Translations under genes and position numbers: made by a program | The notes under the pieces: generated by a model | What the model saw: the letters and a program-made list of their open reading frames with translations, nothing else | What the model was told of the DNA's origin: nothing | Databases searched by the model: none | Source of the DNA: Ramazzottius varieornatus | Lineage: Eukaryota > Animalia > Tardigrada | Assembly: GCA_001949185.1 (NCBI GenBank) | Contig: BDGG01000011.1 | Location: 1-64,000, forward strand | Direction of reading: 5' to 3' | Length of the DNA stretch: 64,000 bases | Shown here: in pieces, positions 12,219-23,219 of the stretch | Position numbering within the stretch: the stretch's first letter is position 1 | Layout: each line of letters opens with the position of its first letter

Positions 12219-13647
12219 TCAAAATTCTATTACCGAATGCCAGTATCTCAAATCCTCTGTGAGCGTTTCGTCGAACTTCTTCGAAGCGTCTATGAGACCT
12301 TTCAGCTGTCCTTGGATTTCTTCCCTTAAAGTCATATGAGCGATCTGAAGAAAATTGGTTCGAAATCAGTTTGACGCTGAGAAAGTTTTAGGGAAGGAAA
12401 ATAATTACTTCGTCGTTTATTAGTATGTTCAGCCTGAAGAGGATCGTTTGACTATCTTCCGTCATAACCCAGTCTGCGAAATGCGATTCGATGAGGATGG
12501 ATATCCAAGCAATAACCTAAAATCAGAAACAGAAAAACCGTGACAGGAGAGTCCATCAATAAAACTATGCGAATAAAATATTCATCCATTACAATCATGA
12601 TGTCGCTGTTAGATATTCAACCCGTCACTGCATAATTTACAAACGTACCTCTGGGGAAATCCTCAAATGCTTCTCGTCGTCTACTTCTATTACGATGTAC
12701 CGGGAAAAAGTTAGAACTTTGCCAAACAGAAGTTTCCGTAGTTCTTTAAGAAGCTTTCTGTGATTGAAAGCCCGTTGAAGCAGATTCGACCTGTAGAATA
12801 CAGTCTGGAAGAAACCTTCATACTGGACGCAAACCGCAACGAATATCTTACAAAAGGTTGCGGGCAGCCTCGGGGGTCTTTGTTTGGTTAAAAGATGGTC
12901 CATTTTGCGAAGGAGTGGACGGTATATCGCTTTGGAGGCAACTGCGAAGACAACAGGCATTCGATAAACAATCAACCAATTCATAGAAAACATTAACAAT
13001 GTGGTGAGCCACATCATGTTGGATTCACAGTTACAGAAAGCCGTGGCCTACAGAGTTCTGAATAGCACACGCTACGAAAGTGCGTGGTACGGCTCACCAA
13101 AATCTTATTAAACCACAGCTCAGCTGGCCATTCATGCTTACCTGGACGCAACGTTTACGCAGCCGGCGATGAACCATTCCGGCAGAAATTCCATCTGTGA
13201 CAGACACTCAAACATTTTCTCCACGTCCTCCTCTTCCAGAAACTTTCTGAGTATTTCTGGATCATCGTAGGTTGTGGAATCTTCAGGCGCTGGTTCTAGC
13301 CGGACTTCCTCGCGCGTTGGCTCGTCTTCGACGACGACTGGCTGTGATGATGATGGAGATGGAGCTTCTTTCTTGCCTCGTTTCTTCGAAGATTTCTCGA
13401 CGCCATTCGAATGCCCATTGGTACGCCCATTAGTCTTGGGAGTTGAAACTACGACCGTAATGGAGAAGGTAGGGATGTTGTAGAGTTAAGAGTAGGGAAT
13501 GCTCTTACCTTCAGGGACAGGACCCAATGGTCCATTGCGAATGACGCTGTTTTCCAACTTGGATCTGCTCCAACTTTTGGTTGGCGTCAAGATGGGTTCC
13601 ACCAGTTCTTCCGAGCTGTTCTTACTTCTGGATCGGGTGACGGGCAT
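12219..13647 (-). CDS. NOL11: NOL11-like protein (C-terminal domain only, acidic/disordered N-terminus), about 6 exons
   Basis: Spliced translation MPVTRSRSK...FLPEWFIAGCV...LLSNLLQRAFNHRKLLKELRKL...VIAWISILIESHFADWVMTEDSQTILFRLNILINDEIAHMTLREEIQGQLKGL...YWHSVIEF*. This resembles the NOL11 C-terminus (W-x-x-L-L-D-A-x-F; final Y-x-I-E-x-L-x-F pattern). Confidence 0.65.
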
Positions 13648-14777
13648 CCTGAATATCAGCGAGAATTTTGTTCCATGTGAGGAGAGAAAATGGAAGAAGA
13701 ATCAATTGAGACTGCGCCACTGCAGAAGAAAATAAGTCGGAGACGATTGCCTCATCACTCATCAGCTGTTTCCGTCTTACGTCACGACAGCTTGTCCCAC
13801 CGCACTGTGCAACTGGCAGTGTGTCGAGACCCTACTGGTGAGCACCGTCCATCCCGTGTACTCAAGCTGTTATTCGTGCCAGAAGCTTGATTTTGTCGAA
13901 ACTACACAGGGTGCTGCGACGAAGCCCCACCCCCTGCGCCCAAACTGCGCCATCCCAAACAAGAGAAATTCCTTTGCAAGTTGTCGCCGCTGTACCCAGT
14001 AGATTTTGCAGAAAGCAGGTGGCAACGTGAAACAGTCATTTGTCGATAAAAGATCGCAACCGCCGGTCACCGGATAGGCGTTGACTTCGCGGGGTGTTGG
14101 AACTCTGAGGATTGAAAGAACGCAGATCGATCACTGACTCACTGAGCATTACCGAACTTGTTCAGTACTTGTTAATCCATCTCAGTTATTCGAACTAGGA
14201 ACTTACAAGAATCTTTGGCCATGCCAGCAGGTGCTTACTCGACAAGCTTCGTTGTAAGCTTGTCGAGCGCTCAAGCAAATTTCCCATAAGGATCTTTTAG
14301 TCGGTAAGATCAGGTGCACCGCTATTGCAGTTTTTTTTGTGCTGTGATTCGAATCCGTTCTTCGAACTTTCTTCTGTTTGGTAGGCAAGGAGTGCAGGAG
14401 CGACACGGACTGCAAAGCGAGTTACAAAGGACGCCAAGTGACGCCAAGTGACACTTCACGGGTCCGAGGGGTAGAAACGCGGTTGATAGTCATTAAAAGG
14501 ATGGCTGTAAGAGAAGTGCAGTACAGCTACGATCATGATTTAATATTCCAACTAGTGAAACCGAATCTGTCAACCACACACTTGATACCCCTAGCTGATA
14601 TACTGCCAAGTGGGGAGTCAGACTCAATGAGCGATTTTCGTTTTTTCTCTCATGTGCGTAACAGTGCTGGATTAAGTGTTTGATCTAATGATGAACCAAG
14701 ATCATGGAAGGAATGAAGAGCTACGACTGTAGAAACTGAATTTATTGTGGGAACAGAAAGTTGTGGCTAAACGAAGC

Positions 14778-17071
14778 GACTCTTGACCGATGCCATATTG
14801 TTGTTCATCTTCTGCTTGAAAAAGGCCTTGTTGATGGGGTCGGTAAGTGCGAAGATCTCGGTGACGTGACCTAAAAGGACGGATGTCAAGGTTATGGTTA
14901 GACTCACGAACAGAAAATATTTCAGACTTTCGGCATTTCATCAGTTTTGACACTGTAAACTTACCGATGACCGCGAGTATAGCTGGCTCCTTCAAAATTG
15001 CGTCCGCCCTAATCTTCTTCGTCAGGGATTTAGTCGCAAACACGCTTTCTTCTCCTCCAAGCATGTGTAGCACCAACTTCCACGCGTACTTTGGCCATCC
15101 GTTGTTTGGACACACTGCTTCGGGACCGTAATGTTGGACCAGATCTGCCAGAACTGTCTTCTTTATCCAGACGTCGTACCCAGATCGGATCTGTTGAGAA
15201 CCAGGGGTCTGCTTCTTTCAGTAGAACGAGGAGACGATGCTATGTAGCTTCTTCTGAACTGCAACACAAATCCACTGTTTATATTGACTATCAGACGACT
15301 AGCTTCCGAGTCTACTCACTGTCTTGCTCTTTGGTAGGTGTTCCAGCTTGAGACACGTTTCCCGGCAAACATGCAATATTACCTATATGGGTCAGGCAAT
15401 TTTGCAGTATCGAAATGGCGGAGGCGGGTGACAAAGGCTTACTCACCTGACGCTGGTGTATTTGAGCTCCGATCTATACGTGGAGAATGCGCAGCTGAGC
15501 CTAGAGCAGCAGTATTTAGGGTGCATTCGTCTCGCCAGCTTGTGCAATGTTTACCTCGAGCCGCATTACGGCCAGAATTCTCTGTTACTGATGATAAGCC
15601 GACTGCCGAATCTGCAGTGTTGTCCCGGTTCAAGTTGACTACGGGAGAACAGAAGATTCGAAAGTTGGGACAACGAATTTTGCAGTTAAGAGCTGAAACG
15701 ATAAATCCAACTTTCGTGTTTTTCAAATCTCCATGTTAGTTTGCTGGATCGAGCAGCGTGGGGTCCAACTTTCGCAACTTTGAAGCTACGGCTGTTCAGC
15801 ATTCAGTGATCAAGAGAGAACCAAACGAACGGCCCAAATTCTCAAATGTTCGATAGTTGGAACACAAGACGCGCGATCAAACAAATTAACATGGACATTT
15901 CAAAGACACGAAAGTTGGATTTAGCGTTTCGCCGTATTCAGTAGCGGTCGATTTTCTAACTTCCGAAAGTTTGTGGGTAGTATGACGAAAAAGTTTTGAG
16001 CGAGAAATTACGTACGTTGAAAAGTCTCCTGAACGTTTCTTTCCGGAGAAGCACGTGGTGAAACTGGCAATCCGAAACTAATTAGTACGCCAACGTTAAC
16101 AGTCTACATGCTTACCGTCGTTTTCGCAATGTGCTGAGAGGCTACCTATGGAGGATCGAGTTCGAAAAGCGTTCTGGAAGTAAAGAGCACGATCACTTAT
16201 TACCGTCGGCCAGATCTTCGTCCGTTTGAGACTGGGCTACTCCGCGAAGACGTTTAGTGCGCTCAGTTTCTATCACTGGGCCAGCTGATTTCTGTTTAGA
16301 GGCACGAAGAGCTTTCAGTGCATCATCGCAAGTCTTCTTATCATCGTAGACACCGCGGACTATGGTGGAGTAGTAGCCAGGCTTGCTATTTTCCGTGGGG
16401 CCAAAGTACGCGACGATGTAGTCGCCAACCCGGAGCTCGTTCTCATCCAGGTGTTCTGATCTTTACCCAGTTCTCACCTCTAACTTGGCCAAAGTTTATG
16501 GCTCGCAACTTCTGGTCGACAGTGTTCTGAACTAATACAAAGTCTAAGAGAAGAGACAACTAAACATGCAAACTCTCCATCCATAAACAAATATAGTAAA
16601 GATAGAGTTTGTAGCAAGTATCTAGAAAGATTGAGCTTACGTTTTGCGCTGCAATGGACGGTTGAAATGGCGTTGATTGTGGCATCTTCGTCTTCTGGAA
16701 TGTTATCGGAATGTTGAGATGCATGAAGTGAAGGCATCGAACGTCGAACTCCTTGGGTTGACATGATGAAAGTCGTAACTTGGCTAAGAAAGCTACAAAG
16801 AAAACGACGAGAAGCTTTCCTAGTGCATTTGCAGTTCGCGACAGTATTTCAATGATATGAAGTGTAAGATTGCGCAACCAGTCCGTCACAACATGTTTTC
16901 TCGGATTTCGACGACGCGTCCATCTCGCGCGGCAAGGGGCGGAGTTGGAGCCATGATGAATGGCCATGCCGCCGCAGTGATTGCCTTTGATTCACCGAAT
17001 TCTACCACCTGACGTTCGACGCTGGTAAACACGTACGTACGGGTAGTCGCGCCGTATTCGATGTACGGCAT
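14778..17071 (-). pseudogene. Decayed multi-exon BEN-domain-like gene, probably a transposon accessory gene
   Basis: Exons read VVEFGESKAI..., ELRVGDYIVAYFG...YYSTIVRGVYDDK, FY*KKQ...YDVWIKKTVLADL...KYAWKLVLHMLGGEE...KEPAILAVIG|HVTEIFAL...KMNNNMASVK. The C-terminal helix pattern is BEN-like, and there is an in-frame TGA near 15214. Confidence 0.5.
15655..15970. mobile_element. Foldback/MITE inserted in the BEN-like pseudogene
   Basis: ctgaaacgataaatccaactttcgtgtttttcaaatctccatgttagtttg (about 15692-15743) pairs with caaattaacatggacatttcaaagacacgaaagttggatttagcgtttc (about 15882-15930). Confidence 0.75.
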
Positions 17072-17224
17072 TAGTGGTCTGGAATGTTTTTCGAACTAAG
17101 TGACAGATGGTTAAAGCTTATCTTTTCCGACATTTCCGTTCCGGTGTTTGAAGATCTACTGTACGAGTTTTGTGCGTTTACTGTTTCAGTTGTTTGACGG
17201 AATTTCCCATTTGCAACGTCACAG

Positions 17225-18547
17225 GAGGAAGTTATCACGCTCCCAACTATACCGATACGGGAGGAGCCTGAAACGAATTACGTACCGTCTAACGTCAGTG
17301 GACTAGTAGTGCTATCCAAAGATTCGAAAGTTGGAAAAGTGTGTTTTGCATCAGACGGACCTTTCGGAAATCCAACTCTCGTCACTTTACCCCGCCGCTC
17401 TTAATTCATTACACACTACAGACTTTAATGGGGGTAAGCTACGGAAGTACGTGGAAGGCCTGAGTACTGGTGCTGGACTGTCGAGTTTCATAGACAGTCT
17501 TCGGCAAGAACAATCGCAAGACTCTAGCGCTCTAAGTGCCGATGAAGGCGCCGATATTCCGGACGACACGGTGGAAGAAGATATGGAAGGCTTCCAGAAC
17601 GATATACCTTTCTGGGAAAATTTGATGAAATCTGCGAGGAATGTATATGGATCCGGGTGCGCATTGGAACGTACAGTAAATTATGGCAGTTTACGGATAT
17701 CATAATGAATAGTTTTATTCCGGTTTAGAAATTGACGAAGAATCCGACGAAGATACTGGGGACACTGACGACGGTATGGACGTGGACGGTTACCAGGAAG
17801 AAGACGTGGACGGTTACCAGGAAGAAGACAAGGAAGAGACGGAAGTTGAAATCCATGTGGAACCTCAAGACTTTACGCAGGTATACCAAAGGCACGAAAG
17901 TTGGATTTTTGCTATTCTACTATCAACTAGCGAGATGATTTCCAACTTTCGGGTGTTCATCAGGTGGACAAGTCAACGGTTTTATTTGAGAGCGCACAGA
18001 ATCAAAATATACTGGGCGAACTTCTGCTCACAAAAGAACAATTAAAGCTTCTTGAATTACTGGTTTGTAGGTAGCGTAATGTGAACAATTATGTTCAGGC
18101 TGCTGACGCCATCGAAAAGGCACGAGAAAGTGGTGTGCTTCAAAGTAATGCAGTCTTTCCTGAAGGTTCATTTTACCAAATAACATCAGTCATCGTTCCT
18201 GTTGCAGCGTACTTCGACCATTTAACGGCTCAAGCTGGCCATCAAAACCAGTACGGTTTCTACGACTTTGGCTCTGGATCTTATCCGTCGTTCCAGGATG
18301 GTTGAGGGAAAAGGTAAATTTTCTTTCTTCAATGAGGAAAAGGACGAAGGTATCACCGCTGTCCTCAACAGGTAAACTGTGCCCCAACACTCTGTTTTCC
18401 ATTTTGCGTAGATCGTGTTTGGTGATATTTTTATTTCAGACTCCGTATCGCCCTAGACGAGATCGTTCCAGACAAGCGCCGCCATCAACGTGGAAAGTAT
18501 TTCCGCTTCCTCGAGTCTGTCATAGACTACAAAATGGAAACCATTAA
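17225..18547 (+). pseudogene. Acidic multi-exon gene of unknown function, probably degraded
   Basis: Asp/Glu-rich exons with GT-AG borders, an apparent frameshift near 17330, and an exact 24-nt tandem duplication (DVDGYQEE x2) at 17779-17826. Confidence 0.4.
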
Positions 18548-19295
18548 GAAGTATTTGTACAATGACAATTAAATTCTTCTTTTTCGGTGTCGAGCTTGTA
18601 CGGAACCGTCTTTTCTTTTATTCTCTATTCTTTCGTTTCTGGAGACATTTTAAACAGCGCTTATCTGGCTCAGTTTTTTAATTTAATAATTCTTGCTCAA
18701 TATCGTGGTCAGAATCATAAAGTGCAACAGTAAGATACCCGCAGTAGGGTTCGAATTGGCTCTTAGCAGAGATAAAACATTCCGGTAATGCCATGTAACG
18801 CATACTTGAGGCGCCTGTGAGGATACACGAATCAGTCTCTCGCCGTATTCCCGCAGTACAACTGAAACGTCCGAGTAAGAAACTGAAACGTCCGAGCAGA
18901 ATACACAAGTTGTAGACCTGCCAGATTTTCAAGATACCGCTGATGGATGTTAGACACCAGTAATAATCGGTAGTGTATCGAATCCACTTCTAGTGTCTTA
19001 CTATTTTGACTTTTTTATCTGGGTACCAATCTTAATTTCAAGGATCCTACCAGAAGCAAACTACAGGTTCCTGAAAGAAGCGTGCTTCTGCTGGAACGCC
19101 TGTCGATGGCACCACCACGGGAAAGTTTTTCCCATGGTACCACTCTTCCTCCCGGCTTCCCGATAGAATTTGCCTAGTGTCTGTCACGTCATTACGGGTA
19201 GGCAGCCGTGTCTGGCATTACTGTGTTCGAAAAAGCTTGGAGAACAGTTAGATTGAAGAAAATAAAGAAAAGTAGGCTTCTCAGGTTAGAGCACT

Positions 19296-19702
19296 GGGCC
19301 GCAGGTCCAAAAGTACGCTGCGACTGTGCTGCGCAAATTACCAGGGTGCTGTACGCTGCGCTGTACTGCACAACTTTCATGCCCAGTGGCTAAGCAGCTA
19401 TGCTGCAGATGCACGTTGACCTGGTGCAACTGCGCGGAACGCCGATGTATTGACGTGGTTTGTGATTCAGTCAGCGAAATCGGTAGTCAACCTGGAGAAC
19501 GTTGCCCTGAAGTAAAGCAAAGCTGAGACGGATGACGTTCGAATGCCCAAAAACTGTAATTTTTGTTAGGTTTCAGTAGGTGCATCTGCGCGGTAGTCTA
19601 TGGCTTTCTGCTGTATGCTGTGCTACACAAATTTCGTCAGTTCACGCGCTGCAGCTGTGCTGCAGCACAGCACAGCTGCAGTACAGTGCAGCGCATGCGG
19701 CC
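19296..19702. mobile_element. Possible Harbinger-like MITE rich in GCTG/CTGCA repeats
   Basis: Ends ggccgca... and ...tgcggcc, with internal gctgtac/gctgcag repeats in both orientations. Confidence 0.35.
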
Positions 19703-20797
19703 AGATTCCGTGCTCTATCTCAGGTACCTCTTTCATACCGTTAGCTCAAACAAACGACCAGAAAAAGTAAAAAACTTGGCTCGGTCTTTCTTTTTTGACG
19801 GAATATGCACCTCAGGATTTTCCTGAAGGTGGATTCGTAAGCGCTTTCACCAATACAAGGCTCATTTCGTAAAACAGCTTTCTCCTGCCCGGAAAGATAA
19901 TTCCGCTATTTCCTGCCATCCTAAGGAAATACAAGATGTGTTACTCACAGACAGTGAAGATATACATAAGACGTATGCTACAAAGGTCAGAATCAAATAG
20001 TTTTCAAGAAAGCATGTTTCACAATGAGCAGAGCCAAGTGCAACAGCGCTTTCATGCAGCATCTTCGATAAGCAGAACCGTTAAGTTAATTCAAGCCTAA
20101 CGTTTTTCACAAAGCGATGTGCCATGAGAGCTCTTCTCCCAGTATCAGAAGATCTCAGGCATCCAGAAATATGACAGCCGCTCGCCAACGGTGGACTTAT
20201 CCAGCTCAGCTGAGTATGCCTGGTAACAGGAATCAGCTGTTCTCAGAATGTCGCAGCGACGTCTGTTGTTGTCTGGAAGATATCAGCTAAGAGCAGAGCA
20301 GCGGATAGGACAGGGAGGAGCGAACAAAGACGGGCAAAGCTCTGATTACAATTGCAGCATCAGCAGGCGTGACGGAAATCAAACTTCATCATCCAAAATT
20401 TGAAAGTCCAAACTGCTTTGCGCATACATCAGCAACCTAGGTACCGGCGCACAGCTTGCGCTCGGCCACGTATGCGCCAGTTGGGACAAGTGTACTCTGG
20501 GTACCTGTCCGGCTCTAACTGAAGTACGAAATACACTTCGCTCGCTACTTTGCTAGGTACTCTTCCTTTCTTGGGTTATAACTATGGCCGGTAGAATTAT
20601 CTGAGACAGAGTCGGTAGCGAAAGTAGGATTCCTAGCAGCAATAAAACGTAGCTGCACAGAAGTATCTGCAAGGAAATTCCCCAATCGAGACCAACACTA
20701 CATAAAACTCGACTGTGAGGAAGTTGATTGTATACTTTGTTCCCCGCTTGAACCCATCACGTATTCCAAAGCTCCGGTCTTTAAAGATACCGTCGTG

Positions 20798-21655
20798 ATG
20801 AAGGCTACTATATTCGCTTTGCTCCTCGCCGGCTTGGTCGCCGTGATGATTGGTCGCCGCTGATCATCACGGCGACCATGATCATCAGCCGCAAGCAAAT
20901 GAGGGGGCCTTCAAGGTCCTCGATACTTCCGGGGATGATCTGCACGCGTGCCATTCGGAAACGGACTGCGCCGGGAAGACTCATCCGGTTCATGGAGATA
21001 TGAACAAGTGCAACATGGTCACCCACGTTTGCGGACCACCAAGCATGTCTGGCCTAAAACTCGTTGGTAAGTCAAACCAATATCCGTTCGCTGAATTACT
21101 GTATTCTGAGCCAATTCTAACTCCAGCACCACAATATGACACCGGAAGTTTTTTGCTTTACTGATGAATGAGAATGTCCTGATTGTTCCAGACAACGATT
21201 GCTCGAGCGACGGAGACTGCAAGCCCACCTTCCGTTGCGTGAACTCCAAGTGCCACTGGACTGGACCCAAGCACTGCGCGGCAGACCAAGATTGTCTGCA
21301 GGGAGCCAGTGCGACCTACGAGTGCAAACAACACACCAAGGGAGCACCAGGAAAGCACTGCTACGCCAGTAAGTACCAGTTCGGATTCTAAACCTGCAGA
21401 TAATTGATTATCACCTTCATCCCATGCCGAGGGTATGATCATCTGATGGAATTTATTCTTAGAATGTTCTACGGACCAAGACTGTTACGAATGTACCAAC
21501 GAAAACTGCCGTACTCCTCCGGAAATAGAAGCGAAGATCAGCTGCTGTCACGGAAGTCCCATACTTTTGTGCCAAAGAATATGGTTCACGGCTTCGTCAT
21601 CAGCTTATCGGGTTCATCTTTCTAGACAAACTGTCACAAGAAAATCGCTTGTTAA
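20798..21655 (+). pseudogene. Secreted Cys-rich (CxxDxDC-repeat) protein, copy 1; exons 20798-21066, 21192-21368, 21463-21551, 21626-21655
   Basis: Signal peptide MKATIFALLLAGLVA and four CxxD/ExDC units. A 16-nt insertion (ttggtcgccgtgatga) shifts the frame in exon 1. The exon 3 donor reads GGAAGT where the paralog has GTAAGT. Confidence 0.75.
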
Positions 21656-21818
21656 AAGACTTTACTCTTATGTATGTCCCACAATTAGTAAACTGCAACT
21701 ACGTACACTCTTTCATATTGAGTCCAGTTGAAACCAATCCAATTTCGTGTCTATTCCTAAGCTCGAGAAGAACACGCGACGCCCGAATTTGTCAATATTT
21801 TTGCGTTCGCTCAAGCAG

Positions 21819-21943
21819 TACTGTAATGCTTCATTAACTTCGCGAAGTGACGTCATACTGCGCGTAGGGTTAACGGGTATGATGACGCATACACCACACG
21901 CTCACTATGACGTAATTCGCGAAGTTCAGGAAGTATTACAGTA
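21819..21943. mobile_element. TA-flanked MITE (CTGTAA termini)
   Basis: TA|CTGTAATGCTTCATTAACTTCGCGAA...TTCGCGAAGTTCAGGAAGTATTACAG|TA. Confidence 0.8.
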
Positions 21944-22073
21944 TGCACCGTTTCATCCGCCATCAAGAACGAGGAAACGTTCGCCTTCTTCCTTTGCTGC
22001 TATCATGTCGATCAGCAATACATGGCAGTATCGCCACGATTAAAAATTTTCGCAAGTGGGCTGCTTTGTGACT

Positions 22074-22327
22074 ACATACATTAAGTTGCCACCGCCAGAT
22101 GAAAGTCCCACTGTAGCTAAGATGAGTTGCAACGTCACTCATAAGCGCAGCAGCTGTTCGGAACTTTGAGTAGTTGGGCAGCCACCATGCTTCCCAATGC
22201 TAGCCAACCGTAACCCCGACTACGCTGTTTTTCGGAAAGCAAAATGCAGTTACACGTCACGAAAGGGGCGGAGCAAGGCCGTAGCTACGGTTGCAAAGTG
22301 AAGGGGAGTGGCAACTTAATCTCTATA
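22074..22327. mobile_element. MITE with ATTAAGTTGCCAC inverted ends
   Basis: attaagttgccac (22080-22092) and gtggcaacttaat (22308-22320) are exact reverse complements. Confidence 0.6.
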
Positions 22328-22631
22328 CTGTCTTGAAGAATACAGAATGTCTCTCATCGGAAGACAGACGATGAACGCACCGTCAGGCACGATCTACCAT
22401 CAGATTGTCCGAGTACGCCAGACTGTGCTCAGATTTCGCCTTAGTTGTGGTGTTGATATGGTCCAGGGACCGCAACTGGGGGTGGAGAGACACTACACGC
22501 CCATTTTTCTCAGACCAACATCCTGTAAAGTCAACCAGAAGCATCTGAAAAACGCTCAGTTCCAGCAGGCTCCGTCTACTTCCCTGCACGTTAGTATTCA
22601 CGACAGCTTCTCACAGGTCCCCACTGCCATC

Positions 22632-22978
22632 ATGAAGGTCGCCGTCTTTGATATTCTCTTCGCAGTCGGCTTTGTTGACGCAGAGTGGTCCGATGAGGAC
22701 AAGGAGGAGGCCAAGCAGATGATCATGAAGGCTCTGGATACTAAGGGAGAGACCCTCCATGCCTGCGATTCCGATGCTGACTGCTCCAGAAAGACCCACC
22801 CCGAACACGGAGACATGAGCAAGTGCTGCATGAATACCCACGTCTGTGGACCACCCAACATGCAATCTCTTCCCCTCGTCGGTACGTTCATCGAATAACC
22901 TGCTAGGACTGCTACGAATGCGAAGGAGACAAGCGCCGTATTCCGCAAGAATGGCAAAACAAGATGGGTTGTTGTAAC
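22632..22978 (+). pseudogene. Secreted Cys-rich protein, copy 2 (internally deleted and truncated)
   Basis: MKVAVFDILFAVGFVDA...LDTKGETLHACDSDADCSRKTHPEHGDMSKCCMNTHVCGPPNM is paralogous to copy 1 exon 1. At 22907 it resumes with DCYECEGDKRRIPQEWQNKMGCCN|GTAAGT, homologous to exon 3. Exon 2 is missing and exon 4 was not found. Confidence 0.75.
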
Positions 22979-23219
22979 GTAAGTACTGCCTGCTGCTCTA
23001 CGATCCGTCACTGGTAGTAATCAACAATGACAATTCACGGGAATCGACATCTGTTATACCTAACAACACACTGCTCGCCTTCGGCTCACTGTCTAAGTTC
23101 AGGGATGCGAGGTAGTTTTGGAAAATTTACGTGCATTTAAGGGACGGTATATGGAATGTTTTTTGAATAACATATCGGTAGGAAGAGGTTAATGTGAAGG
23201 ACAATATACTAAACACGTT

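Noticed and set aside
15200-15230. Selenocysteine or readthrough at the in-frame TGA of the BEN-like gene
   Set aside because: No SECIS was recognised and the gene shows other decay, so a nonsense mutation is simpler.
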